Shown here in pieces: positions 42,665-55,201 of a stretch of DNA of 64,000 bases; positions within the stretch are counted from its first letter, which is position 1; every line of letters begins with the position of its first letter. Both the position numbers and the translations under genes were made by a program. Below the pieces are notes generated by a model that saw nothing but the letters and a program-made list of their open reading frames with translations, ran no database searches and was not told the DNA's origin. The DNA is taken from the NCBI GenBank assembly GCA_964234715.1, contig OZ174291.1; one strand, given 5' to 3'. Source of the stretch: Podarcis melisellensis. Taxonomy: Eukaryota.

Positions 42665-43020
42665 GGACACATGGGTGGCTCAGTGGTTTAGACCACAGCT
42701 TGTCAACCACAAGGTTGGTGGTTTGAATCAGCTCAACAGGGCGAGTGCCCATTGCTCTGCCCCAGCTCCTGCCAACCTAGGAGTTCGAAAGCACACCAGC
42801 ACAAGTAGATAGTTACTGCTGTGACGGGAAGGTAAGTGGTGTTTCCGTGCGCTCTGGTTTCCACCATGGTTTCCTGAAGTGGTTTAGTCCTGCTGGTCAC
42901 ATGACCTGGAAAGCTGTCTGCAGACAAACGCCGGCTCCCTTGGCCTGAAAGCAAGATGAACGCCATACTCCATAGTTGCCTTTGACTGGAATTAACTGTC
43001 TAAGGGTCCTTTACCTATAC
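42665..43020 (+). mobile_element. Sauria SINE, older copy
   Basis: Diverged homologue of the copies at 23242 and 30081, with tail tccttta-cctata. Confidence 0.8.
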
Positions 43021-43032
43021 CGTAACTACCTA

Positions 43033-43263
43033 CAGTTACAGATAGGTAGCCGTGTTGGTCTGCCATAGTCAAAACAAAAAATTTCCTTCCAGTAGCACCT
43101 TAAAGACCAACTAAGTTAGTTCTTGGTATGAGCTTTTGTGTGCATGCACACTTCTTCAGATATCTGAAGAAGGTATCTGAAGAAGTGTGCATGCACACGA
43201 AAGCTCATACCAAGAACTTACTTAGTTGGTCTTTAAGGTGCTACTGGAAGGAATCTTTTTTGT
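43033..43263. mobile_element. Short Penelope-like retroelement insertion with an inverted terminal segment
   Basis: Exact 12-bp duplication CGTAACTACCTA at 43021-43032 and 43264-43275. Inverted repeat of about 80 bp with 2 mismatches. Same start (cagttacagataggtagccgtgttggtctgcc) as the 16572 element. Confidence 0.87.
43172..43211 (+). ncRNA. Minimal type I hammerhead ribozyme motif
   Basis: GGTAT-CTGAAGA-A-GTGTGCATGCACAC-GAAA-GC-TC-ATACC with a 5-bp stem I; predicted cut after 43206. The mirror copy on the minus strand (about 43125-43162) has GAAA changed to AAAA at 43137. Confidence 0.78.
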
Positions 43264-43567
43264 CGTAACTACCTAGTTTCTCTTGCTGGGGTTGCCCATA
43301 ATATTTAGCAGACAACTTAAGAGGAGACAGGAAATAATGGTTTCAAACAGTTGCACCATAAAAGTTCACAAAACCCCAAGCATGAGTAGGAGACTTGTCT
43401 TTGCTGTGAGCACTCCCTGAATCCAGGGATTGGGATTTTTTTTTAACTCAGGAGATGCCCCAGCCAGGATGGCATACGGTCAGGGATGGTGGGATCTGTA
43501 CTCCTGCAGCATCTGGAAAGCCCGTTTCCACATATTTGCCAGCTTCTTTTTCTCCTGACTCTGGTGT

Positions 43568-43573
43568 TTTATT
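43568..43573 (-). terminator. Candidate DHX37 polyadenylation signal AATAAA
   Basis: First canonical AATAAA I could find on the minus strand downstream of the stop codon. It would imply a 3' UTR of about 2.4 kb. Not verified. Confidence 0.3.
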
Positions 43574-45985
43574 TATAAAATAGTTTTCACCACAATGTGG
43601 TTCCAGTGGCTCTCAGCATGTATAAAACAAGTGTAACAGCAGAAGCACCATGAGACATCCTGCTAGAGGTTGTACTTCAGAAGCAGAGGATCTGCTTTTC
43701 ACGCAGAAGACCTTGGGCTCAAGTCCTCCTTGTGTCCAGGGGAGGCTTTGGGGGAAGGCATCGAAATAGGCCTTTTCAGCGTCCTCTTCTCTCCCCAGGG
43801 AGGCACGCATGGAATCATCTTTACATGCTGGTCCCGCCAGCCAAATGCTTGTTACATGAAAATTCACTTATCCAAAGCCGAGGATCTAGTGCCCAGACCA
43901 GCTGAACAGTCAGACCTGTGCATAGTAAAGAAAGAAGCAGCCTTAAATAAGCCTTACTTTCCTGTGTTTTGCTGGTCCATGGCAGTCCTTTCACTAGAAG
44001 TTATGGTGGGAGATTAGACAAATAAGAGCATTTTTTACTTTCTTGTTTGCCTTCTGAAAAGTTTCAGAGGGTTCCCCCAAGTTTCATCATTTGGGGGGGG
44101 GGGTCAAAACTCCAGTGTCAGGAACACATTAGAAATTTTCCCACAGGAACTGATGGAAATCATTGACTCATTTCATGAATATTTGCCTAACGAACAATTT
44201 CCCGAGAATGCATTGAGTTAAGATAGCAGGACCTGCATGTATAAAAGCCAGGTAAGTACTTCTCCCCCCTCGCTGCTGCCCCAACTTTGCACCTTTAATT
44301 TGAAAGGAACTGCCTCTTAGTGAGATAGGACTTGTACTCCTGCATTTTTGTTTAGCTGTGTGAACAGCTGCTGTTCAGTGTCCCAGCCAGCCACAGCCTC
44401 CTCCACAATACCCCTGTCTCTCTCTCAGCGGTTTCTCTATTTTCCCCACTTTCACTTCTCAGCATTTTGTGGTAATTAAGAACATTGTTTTTTGGAGAAG
44501 GGGAACCGGCTCCTCTTCTCCAGGCTGCTCCAGCTACCTCTTGTGTGCTGTTCTGGCCTACGTAAGGAACAGCACTTGCAGACTTGAGAATCAGAAACAA
44601 GAGGAGCAAATAGGGAAACCTACAAGAAAATGTTGTAACATGGATCTGAAGCCCTGCTCAGTATTTCAGACATTTCATTCCACCACCCCCACCTGCTTTT
44701 CCGTTCCAATCCTTCAGTCACTTAGCTTTCTGTAGCTAAGAACGCTTAATCCTCACTGGGATGGTCTGAGGATTGTCCCTCAACCCTTCACACAGGGTTC
44801 TCTCCTGCCCACACTTACCCATAACTTATTTCCTGGATGGGGGTGGTGCCGTTTTGGCTATATGAGCACTCACAGCCTGAACTAGCCTTGCCCTCCAAAT
44901 GTTTTGGATTATTACTCCTCTAACCCCTAACCATTGGCTGTGCTAGCAGGGGCTGATGGGAGCTGTATCCACACCTGGAGGGCACCAGGTTGGAGAAGGA
45001 AGACGCCCTGAGCATCAGGAAACAGAGAGAGGAGACAGAGTCCAGAGATGGCAAAACACAATGGAGTAGAAAAACCAATAATGAGGCCAGACTTTCTCTC
45101 CAGAAAAATTCATTGATATCACTATTATACAATTGTTATTTTTTACAAACACAGGGCAATATATATATATATAACACATACGCACACGAAGCTCCCACGA
45201 CGGTGAGTTCAACAGAAATAAGGCACAGTAATGGTGGCTCAGCAGTTTTCCAGAAATGAGTCATGGAATCATAGAATTGTGGAGTTGGAAAGGACCCTAA
45301 GGATCATCTAGTCCAACCCCCTGCAATGAAGGAATATGCCTCTGTCCCATATGGGGAGCAAACCTGAAACCTTGGCATTATCAGCACCACCAACCCTCTA
45401 ACCAAATAAGCTACCCAGGATGGTGGTAGTTGTTGCTATATATTAAATTTCTATACCATCCTTCATCCAAAGATCACAGGGTGGTTTATGGTATAAAGCT
45501 GCTGGATGCTAAACTCCCATCCACCCCAGCCAGGATGACCAGCAGCCAAGGATGATGGGAGTTACAAGTCCAGAAACATCTGGATATCTGATTCCCACCA
45601 TCCCTGACCACTAGCTTCCTGAAGGGACAGGGAAAGACTGGGAAAGGCAACTTGACAAGAGAGAAGTGACTGGAGGGGGTAGCACTGCCTCCAAAATGTG
45701 CCCATGGGCCAACATAGGTTGGTAATTCCTGTTACAAACAAACACACCCACCCATGACAGCTTCACAGTCAATCCAACCCCCAATCCTTTGCATGTGGGA
45801 GTCCAAAATGCAGTGGGCCTGCATGGATCATGGGTGGGGTGCTCCTTAGGAGGAAACTGATCCTGCTTCCTGCTCCTTGAGCATGAACTCTCTTTCCATT
45901 CAAATACAGACATCGGTTTTCCTTGTGTTTTCACAGCCGGCGCTGGTTCCAGGACAGGGTGGATGGTAGGAGCTTGCATGAAAGA

Positions 45986-46068
45986 TCACGGTGGCAAGGG
46001 TGGCCAGATTTTAGATACCTGTTGGTGTGTAACTTCCGGGATCCACTGGCAATATTCTGACAACAAAT
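45986..46068 (-). CDS. DHX37: DHX37 last coding exon (stop TGA)
   Basis: Acceptor ttaaag|. Translates (Y)LLSEYCQWIPEVTHQQVSKIWPPLPP*. Confidence 0.92.
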
Positions 46069-47039
46069 CTTTAAAAAGAGAAGGGCAGGGGGGCAACCAT
46101 CAAAGAGTGAACACTTAAAAAACAGAATTTCAGAAACAGAGTGCAATCTTATGGGTCAAGGGAAGTCTGGACAAAAAGAGGTAAGTCTTCACATGACATC
46201 TGAAGCAACTAACAGATGACGCTTCATAGGTGTCCGAGTGTTGGTGTGCAGATTGTTCTGTTTTACACACTTCTATAATCCAGTTTGGAATGTTCTGATG
46301 GAAGGAGTGGGGGCTAACAAATATTATAAATAAACCATCAAAAAAACCCTGAAGCCACAGAGCAAATTGTCCTGTACTCTGCAAAATCCAACTGGTGTGC
46401 GGCAGACGTAACAATGCTGCTGGCTGGATAGTCACAGTTAGGTCATGCCAGGGCCAAACACCAAGTCTCTGCCCCCATCGTCTAGTATGGTGGCATATCT
46501 AGCGATGAACCCTACTGTCGCATATAAACTATGAAGGCCTGCTCCAGGCAGACAGGTAACAAATTCCTGTGCTCATCTTCAAAACCACAAGTAACTGATT
46601 GCTACTGCGACGTCACCCGGACTCCAAACACCATAGCAGAGTACAGTGGGTGACCTACCTCCATGAGCTATTCTTAAAAGTTGCTTTAGAAATTCTAACA
46701 CTGGACACAGAAATATCTGGGAGGAAATAGTTTTGGATTGTTTGTTTGCAAGCAGCAAAGGGGGAACCAGTTGCTGTTGGCCTACAACTCCCAGAACCCT
46801 AGCCGCCATGGGCCAATGGTCAGGCATGAGGGCAGATGTAGTTCCAGCACATCTGCAGGACCACAGGTCTACATTCCTGGGGCTAGAGGCCCAGGATGTT
46901 GCGACATACTTCCAAGGGAGAACTCTCACTCACACACTCACACACAGTTTGGGTAGAAGGTTGATGTGGCTCAAAAATAAAGTTAAAATAGATCCACAAG
47001 AATAATGAAGTGTGCTCCTCGTACATCTGAACAGCTTAC

Positions 47040-47137
47040 ATTTTGGGTTCTTCTTCCAGGCAGCAAGTAAAGCATCCCTGTTATCCACATTTTCAGAGAC
47101 AAGAGCTTGCAGCAGTGACTCTGTCCTTGGTTGCAGC
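47040..47137 (-). CDS. DHX37: DHX37 coding exon
   Basis: 98 nt, AG/GT bounded. Translates [32 protein letters not shown]. Confidence 0.93.
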
Positions 47138-47869
47138 CTGCAGGAATTCCCAAAGCAGACAGGCAAAAATCAGCACATAGATTAAATGTACGCTCAAAAT
47201 TCTGAAGGAACTCAAAATGGCTCAGTTCTCAGTAAAACTCTCCCCCTGCTCAGATAAAATATGGTCCCAGAAGAAATCTGTGCCGTGTTTCTCCAGGAGC
47301 AACCTGCCTTCCCCCCAAAACAGTGCGTTTTAAATCAGTGAAGTTCTGAAAGGTCCAGTCTGCTATCTTGATTCAAAATAATGTCTAACTGTAGCCAAAC
47401 AGATGATAATCTGCACCTTGACATTGGGAACTATAATGCAAAATTAGATTGCATTATCTTAAGAGGTGTCCAAATGCATAGTGAACTGACAAAGAAATGC
47501 ATTGAAGACTATATGAAAGTACCCAGCATTGTTCAGTTATTCTAAGAAACCAAAAAATACTGAGTTCTATAAACAGGTAATGCAATTTGTTAGTTTCTAT
47601 GGCTGTGTACACCCCTCACTCCCCCCCCCCAATCTGAGCTGACTTCAGGAATTCCTTACGCAGATCCAGCCCCAAATCGACTGGGGTGGGAAATGTTTAA
47701 CTAGGGTTTTTAAAATCCTGTCTGGTTGGGAGGGGGCAGGGAAGGAGATGCTGTGTTGCCTTCGCTCTCTCCACCCAGTCGCACTGCAAAGAGCAGCAAT
47801 CAGTTCTGCTGGGGGCTGCTAAGCCAGCGTGTTCCTGCATGGGGGGTGGGGTGGGGGTGGCCTAACGGG

Positions 47870-48090
47870 CCCAGCAAAGCAAACAATAGTATAGCTATTT
47901 TCCATATGTTCAATAAATGTTTCCCACTCTTCTTTACATATGTCTTCTTCTTGCTCTCTTATTCTATGTGTTAAGTCTGCAAGTTCTGCATATTCCGTCA
48001 ACCTAAGTTGCCAATCCTCTCTAGCTGGGACCTTGCTCACTTTCGATTTTTGGGCTAACAAAACATGGGCTGCAGTTTGACACCCAAAAA
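47870..48090 (-). mobile_element. L1/Tx1-type LINE ORF2 C-terminal fragment
   Basis: LAQKSKVSKVPAREDWQLRLTEYAELADLT...KEEWETFIEHM resembles the end of reptile L1 ORF2 (from memory). Confidence 0.55.
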
Positions 48091-48295
48091 CAGCAGCTGG
48101 TTCGCTGTGGTAGAAACACTGGCTTCCTTTTCCCCTTGCGGCAAACCAAGTCCTGTGTTAATTATGTTGCTTTGAATGTGTACTTTTTATTTGACTTTCT
48201 TCAGTAATGCTTTATTCTGAATTGTTTTACTGAATGCTTTAATGAGGTGGTTTTTTCCTGAAAAATATAAAGCAGTACAGACAACAACAACTTAC

Positions 48296-48369
48296 TTGGA
48301 CCATGTTTTCAGCATTGTCACTGGGCTGGACAACAAGCAGCAGCTGTAAGCAGCCAGTTTTTTAACAAC
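48296..48369 (-). CDS. DHX37: DHX37 coding exon
   Basis: 74 nt. Translates VVKKLAAYSCCLLSSPVTMLKTWS(K). Confidence 0.93.
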
Positions 48370-49052
48370 CTAAAAGAAGGAACAAGCTTTATATTCAATT
48401 TTAGAGCCACCATGCGTTTCAAGGAACCTTAAGGCAATGAGCTGTAAAACACCGAGGCTCTGATTAATTTGCTTGTTGAAAATGGGCATTAGAATTCACT
48501 GTTTCATTTCAGGTACTCACAGCCCACCTTTCAATATAATTTGCAGGATGTCTTGCAAAATCCTCGTTGGACATTTAGGTGCAACTCAGCACCCAGAGGG
48601 GATTGTGTGGGTTAAGACAGCTCCCCAAACTACCCCTATACCTTCATCACTATGCTGACTTCTCATTATCTCTTTGATGTTTATACTGATAGTCTTAGGT
48701 TGCATCCTGTTTACAAGTTCCTGCACTTGCTCTTCCTCTCACTCTGGGAGGTCATCTTGGATCTGTCTTCTGAGAGCAAAGAGGCAAGCATGGCCTCCAA
48801 CCTAGTTGGAGAAACCTAGCTAGGACTATATAATTGCTTCCTACCAGTAATGCACTTCCTTTAATAAACTAAGTTTTCTTATTTTATGCCAAGTCTCAGT
48901 CTGAATACATTTCAGCTAAAGGTGTACTCCAAGCAAGGAGTTGTTTAACTAACAAAATCTATACATTAAGAATCCTATCAACAGCAATGAAAATACTGTA
49001 ATATACATAGATATATAAACACAAGGAATTAGGTGGAGAAAAATGTTCTTAC

Positions 49053-49147
49053 CTTCCCTTCCAATAAGAACTTGGTGAAATATTTGTAGCACTCAAGGCC
49101 TTCTGGGTAATCCACTTCTACAGCAGGAAGCTGCCAGCCTACCCGAT
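49053..49147 (-). CDS. DHX37: DHX37 coding exon
   Basis: 95 nt. Translates (Y)[31 protein letters not shown]. Confidence 0.94.
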
Positions 49148-50435
49148 CTGCAGAGAGGTTACAAGACTTTGTTAAGGCACTAATCCACACTCATCCTCTT
49201 CATTTTGCTTCTCTCAGCAGAAGGCTGAGTAGGCAGGAGAGGAAGGAGAAGGGCGGTGAAGTCTCCAGATTGCAAGCTGGCTCTTGTTTGTGTGCAGGGC
49301 CAGCCTAAGACATTTGGCACCTAAGGAAAACCACAAAATGCCCCCCTTGCACCACTGCCAGGAAACAAGGGCAGAGTGAAGATTTACAAGGGGAGCAATC
49401 AAACCAACCCTACCTGATGGCTGAAGTGGGAATCAAAGAGCACTGCAGGGAAGGACCCTGCTTTGAATCATGCTAGGCAGGGGAGGAGAAAGGGGGGAGA
49501 CCAGCAGCCCCTGCTATTTGCTGAGAGGCTGTTCTAGAGGAAGCAGGGGCAGAGGCAACTCCGGCCTCCAAGCAGCACACTGCAGCTCTTGCTGCCCCTG
49601 TGGTGGCTGCAGCGGGAGATGCCTTCCTTGGAGGCTGGACCCGCTGCCCCTGTGGAGCTTGCTGTTTGAGGCTGCTGCCTCCTGGGTGGGCCAGCCCTGG
49701 CACTCATCCCCTCCTACACATGGGTGAGGTTTGAAGGACATGAATGGCAGCTAGAAATACCTAAGTGGGAATCCTCATAGCAGAACTTCTATTTCAAGTG
49801 TATATTGTTAGCAAAACCTTTGTAGCACAGGTGCTTTTTGTGCAACAGCAATAAACCTGGTGAGTGCCAGCCAGTTCTGTGTTTTCACCGATGGGGGCTC
49901 AGGTATTATTTTGCTTCTTGTTCCCAACCTGATCCTTACACAAGTCCCCCCTGAATGTCTGCTAGCCTATCCCTGCTCCCCACCCCCTTATGTCTGAAGA
50001 CTGTGACATGATGTAGACTCTGGGGCTTTCATATTAAGAAACCCTGATGGGAATGTGAGCCATTTCCTAGACCTGCCTTTTTTGATCTGGCGCCCTCCAG
50101 ATGCTGTTGGACTCCAACCCCCATCATCCCTAACCCCTGTCAATGCTGGATGCGGCCGATGGGAGCTGGAGCAGCACACTGGCTATCCCTGACCTACCCT
50201 GAGAAAGGATTGTTTTACTCAAGAGTAGATACACTGAAATACCGAACCTAAGCTATGCCATGTCCATTATTTTCAGTAGGTTTCAGTAGGATTAACACTG
50301 GCTGCAACCCCAAAGACTCCTGGAGAATGCAAAAGCTTGTGATATTGCGGTTGCCATGATGACAGTATTCTCCTAATGTGGATTTAGTAACAAATCCGCT
50401 TCCCATCAAAGCCAAGCTGTTCTTGAGAAACTTAC

Positions 50436-50573
50436 AGAAGACACTTGGTCTGTGGCAGCGAACCCTACCCGTTTCAGGGCAGTAAAAAGGAGGAGGGCTT
50501 TCCAGAGGTTTTTCGAAGTGGCAGTATGGAGGCAAAAGGAGCGGGATCCATTCTGGTTCAATGGCTGAGACAC
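50436..50573 (-). CDS. DHX37: DHX37 coding exon
   Basis: 138 nt, acceptor cttaag|. Translates (G)[45 protein letters not shown]. Confidence 0.93.
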
Positions 50574-50838
50574 CTTAAGGAGAGCAAAAGTGACCTGTTA
50601 AAGACGGTTCTGGGGAGCCATGAGTGGCTTTTACTGAACTGCCTTTTTAAGTGCTGCAGGTTTACCTGGCAACAATGGTAGGTGGTCCAGGAAGCTGCTG
50701 TTAGCGTTTCCCACAATGCCCTGGAGAAACGCCAAACACCCCAGGGCATTGTGGGAAATTTAAAATGGCAGTATCTCAGAGCCACCTGCCTGGTGTAGGG
50801 CTCCCCACATTATTATTGCTTAGCCCCTATCCCATTTA

Positions 50839-51768
50839 CAGTGGTGCCTCGCAAGACGAAATTAATTCGTTCCGCAAGTCTCTTCGTCTTGCGGTTTTTT
50901 CGTCTTGCGATGCACGGTTTCCCATAGGAATGCATTGAAAATCAATTAATGCGTTCCTAGGGAAACCGCCTTCAGACCAGGTCCGGGGACAGTCTGTCCC
51001 CGGACCTCTTCTGAAGGCTGGGGGGCGCGGGCTTCGCAGCAGCGCTACGAAGCCCGGCGGCTGGGGCAGGTGTTCCCGCCCCCCCGCCCGGCTTCGCAGC
51101 AGCGCTACGAAGCCCGGCGGCTGGGGCAGGTGTTCCCGCCCCCCCGCCCGGCTTCGCAGCAGCGCTACGAAGCCCGGCGGCTGGGGCAGGTGTTCCCGCC
51201 CCCCAACCCCGCTTCGGAGCAGCGTTCCGAAGCGGGGTGGCTGGGGCAGGTGTTCCCGCCCCCCCCGCCCGGCTTCGCAGCAGCGCTACGAAGCCCGGCG
51301 GCTGGGGCAGGTGTCCGGGATCTCTTTTGAAGCAAGCGGCTGCGGAGAGACGCGATCTCCCCGCAGCCGCTTGCTTCAAAAGAGGTCCGGGATCTCTTTT
51401 GAAGCAAGCGGCTGCGAAGAGACGCGATCTCCCCGCAGCCGCTTGCTTCAAAAGAGGTCCGGGATCTCTTTTGAAGCAAGCGGCTGCGGAGAGAAGCGAT
51501 CTCCCCGCAGCCGCTTGCTTCAAAAGAGGTCCGGGGCAGCGGGAAGAGCTGCCCCCGGACCTCTTTTGAAGCAAGGGGCGGTGGGGAGAAGCGATCTCCC
51601 CGCCGCCCCTTGCTTCAAAAGAGAAGACCCGCTGTCCCCGGGGCAAGCTTCGTTTTGCGAAGCAAGCCCATAGGGAAATTCGTCTTGCGAGGCAACTCGA
51701 AAACGAAAAAACCTTTCGTTTTGCGAGTTTTTCGTCTCGCGAGGCGTTCGTCTTGCGGGGTACCACTG
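50839..51768. mobile_element. Non-autonomous Tc1/mariner (pogo/Tigger-like) element with internal GC-rich hairpin minisatellites
   Basis: TA|CAGTGGTGCCTCGCAAGACGAA ... TTCGTCTTGCGGGGTACCACTG|TA, with subterminal TTCGTYTTGCG repeats at both ends. CpG content is intact. Confidence 0.9.
51031..51623. repeat. Two adjacent minisatellites: a 60-bp unit (about 4.7 copies) and a 72-bp palindromic unit (3 copies plus a variant)
   Basis: 60-mers start at 51031, 51091, 51151, 51211 and about 51272. 72-mers start at about 51313, 51385 and 51457, with a variant at about 51561. Confidence 0.93.
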
Positions 51769-52407
51769 TATTACCTGCCCTAAGGTAATATCCTAAGGTC
51801 CCAGGGCAGGTTACCACAATTTAAAATACAGTTTAAAACCTTGCTGTTAGAGAAACACAATAATAAAACGCAGTAGGCCCCATTAAGGTCCCTGGCTGTT
51901 GCCTAAAGCTGTAAAGTGCTGAGTCCAGGCCTGCGAGCACTCTCTCACAGCTATGTGCTGGGACTTGTCTGCTCCCACTGATCTCTCTTATTGAAGAGCC
52001 TATGATAAAACTTCTAAGGCTCCTCTAAGAGTCTGTAGGGACACTGCATAAAAGCCACTAAGTTGTACTTCATACAATCTCAACTTTAAAAGGAAAAATA
52101 ATCGTCAGTGCATTTAAGCCACTGCAAAGCTCTCACAGCCCACCCTAAACTGCTCATTTCTGTAGGCATGCTATGTGACACACAAGTAAGGTGATGGGAA
52201 TCCTTTGGCCCTCCAGATGTTGCTTGAACTACAACTCCCATAGGCACCAGGAAGCATGGCCAATGGCCAGGGATGATGGGAACTGTAGTTTAGTGACATC
52301 TGGAGGGCCAGAGGCTTCCCACAGCTGCATTAGAGCAACTCCAGGAGGAGGAGGAGGAACCTATCAATAACTATTGAGCCATGATAGGTAAATAAATCTC
52401 CGTTTCA

Positions 52408-52764
<357 letters not shown>

Positions 52765-53352
52765 TCAATACTTTAGAGACCAGGAAGGTTCCACAGGCAG
52801 GAAGGCACAAGGTCCATTAATGGAACAAAAGACGTTTTGTTCTTCTGCCCGGACACTGGCAGATCAAGCCCCTGTGGCCAATGCAACAGCACAGCTTCTC
52901 TGGCTGCATCTTTGCACGAGTCGCTGTTTGGCCCTCGCCTCTTGTCAAATCAAGCACTATTTTGTACTTGGTTCTAAAGGGACAGACCTTTGGGCTTTAG
53001 CAAATAAAGCCACAAAAGTAGATCTGGTCAGGCAGAGCGCGCACACAATCCCTTGCTAATTCAACATGCAAAGCTGACTGGATTAGCTGTTGACTCTTAC
53101 TCTACCAACAGTTATGGGGCGCCTGTGATTAATGAAAAAGGCAGTCCACCCAAAATTACTAAGATATGGTTGAAGACAATAGTAAAAGCAGGCCAATAAT
53201 AAAAAGAACTTCACATCAGAGGAAAGCCACCAAGACAGAGACACAGTCTGAGGTGCTTGGTCAGGAGAAGAACTGACCACCACTGGCCTGTGGCCCTCAG
53301 ACCAAAAAGGGTTCCCAATTCTTCCAAAGGGAATAAACTGAGCTGCACGTAC

Positions 53353-53525
53353 TTTGTAACCATTTTTCCACTTCTCATCTAGGAGCTCCTCAGCTTGGAT
53401 CTTCCGGGCAACGTGGTCTCCCAGGCCGGCCAAGACTATCTGCCTCAGGAAAGTCACCTGTGCTTCTGATGGGGGCTTCATTTTGGGATCGACAAAGAAG
53501 CCGGTGTCCGAGCAGACTGAATTCA
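53353..53525 (-). CDS. DHX37: DHX37 coding exon
   Basis: 173 nt, acceptor tgcaag|. Translates (V)[57 protein letters not shown]. Confidence 0.93.
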
Positions 53526-54820
53526 CTTGCAGCAAAGGGAAGAAAGAGGTCAAAAACCAGGAGGCCAGGCTAAGTTAACATGGCCTAGGTTGTGACTGAG
53601 GAGCAGCCTCTGTACAAAACTCAGAAAAATAACAAATGGGCAAAAGCAAAGGACAACTGAAGGAAAAGCAACATTAGCTCACAACAGCTTATGCAGCAAC
53701 CCAGCACTGAAGCAAGACCTGTTTTCAAAATTGGGGGAGGCTCTCAGGGGAGGAGATATCCCATGGGGAAAATATATTTACTTCATAAAATGTATACACC
53801 GCTTAATTATTTAAAAAACACTCAAAGAGATTTACAAGAGATAAAACAGTAAAAGAAAAAGAAAAAAACACAACCATACTTTAAAACATCCTAAAGTATA
53901 AATACTAAAACAGATTAAAATTACCTCAACTTTCTAAGCATCTGGGAAGGCTTGTCTAAACATGAATGTTTTAAGCAGGTGCTGAAAATAATACAATGAA
54001 GGCACCTGCCTGGTCTCAACGGGCAGGGAGTTGCAAAGTGAAGGGGCTGCCACATGATCAAATTATTACAAATGCGGGAAAGTTATTACGTGGCGCCTGC
54101 AGTAGTGACTATTCTGCCAATTGGATGGGCACATGTGGAGTAACTAAGTGTCACAATCAATTAGTGAGTCTTTTTAAGGTGTCACAAAACACTTTGGCTC
54201 AGTTTGAACATCGCAAACAAGGAATGCAAGGAAAATGAGTGAAAGGAAAGCAACATTTCAAGAAGTATTTTTCTGGACGTTAGGCCCCAACAGCTTTCTG
54301 CACTCAACTGGAAGCCGCGGAAGACGTTTGACTTCCCAAAAATGTTTGCAAACCGGAAAACTCACTTTCGTGTTTGCGGCGTTCAGGAGCCAAAACGTTT
54401 GAGTCACAAGGTGTACGGGATCCAAGGTACGACTGTACTTATCATGCTTAAGATATATACAGTGTTATATTAGGGAGAAAGAAAAAAAAGGTCCTACCCC
54501 ACAAACTCTTCCTATTTGCACAATGGACCTTCCCTGCCTCTGTTACACCAGAGTGCCCACTGAATCTCTTCTGGGCTTTTCCCCAGCCCTCCATAGCAGA
54601 CGCGGAGAAACAGGAAGGAGACATGGAGAAGGGAAGTTCCACTGCATAAGTGGAAGGCCTTTCAAGAATGGGACATCCCAAAATCCTGTGTTTTCATGCA
54701 TGTTTTTTATTGTAAAACAGCATAATAAAAATTATTAAATGTTAAGAAAAGGAAAAAGGAAGGAAGGAAGAACAGAGCTGATTCTTTGGCGTCCCCCCGA
54801 CAAAGGACAAATGTGGCTTA

Positions 54821-55000
<180 letters not shown>

Positions 55001-55076
55001 TCATGTGAGGAATTCTGCCAAAACCAAGGCACAATTAAAAAATACGGAAAGATAAAGGGAGAGCAGAAGAGCGTAC

Positions 55077-55201
55077 CTAGCATGACCATGAGGTCTCCCA
55101 GTTTCTGAGAGGGCCCTTGTCCAGCCCAGATCCGCTGCATCTGGACCACGCGCACCCTTTTCCCCCTGAGCGTCTCCTGCTCTTCCTCGCTAGTGGCAGG
55201 C
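55077..55201 (-). CDS. DHX37: DHX37 coding exon
   Basis: 125 nt. Translates [41 protein letters not shown], followed by a 95-nt intron. Confidence 0.94.

Noticed and set aside
50972-51817. 281-aa and other repetitive ORFs; superficial CRISPR-like repeat array
   Set aside because: Translations of a GC-rich minisatellite inside a MITE. There are no unique spacers or cas genes, and this is vertebrate DNA.
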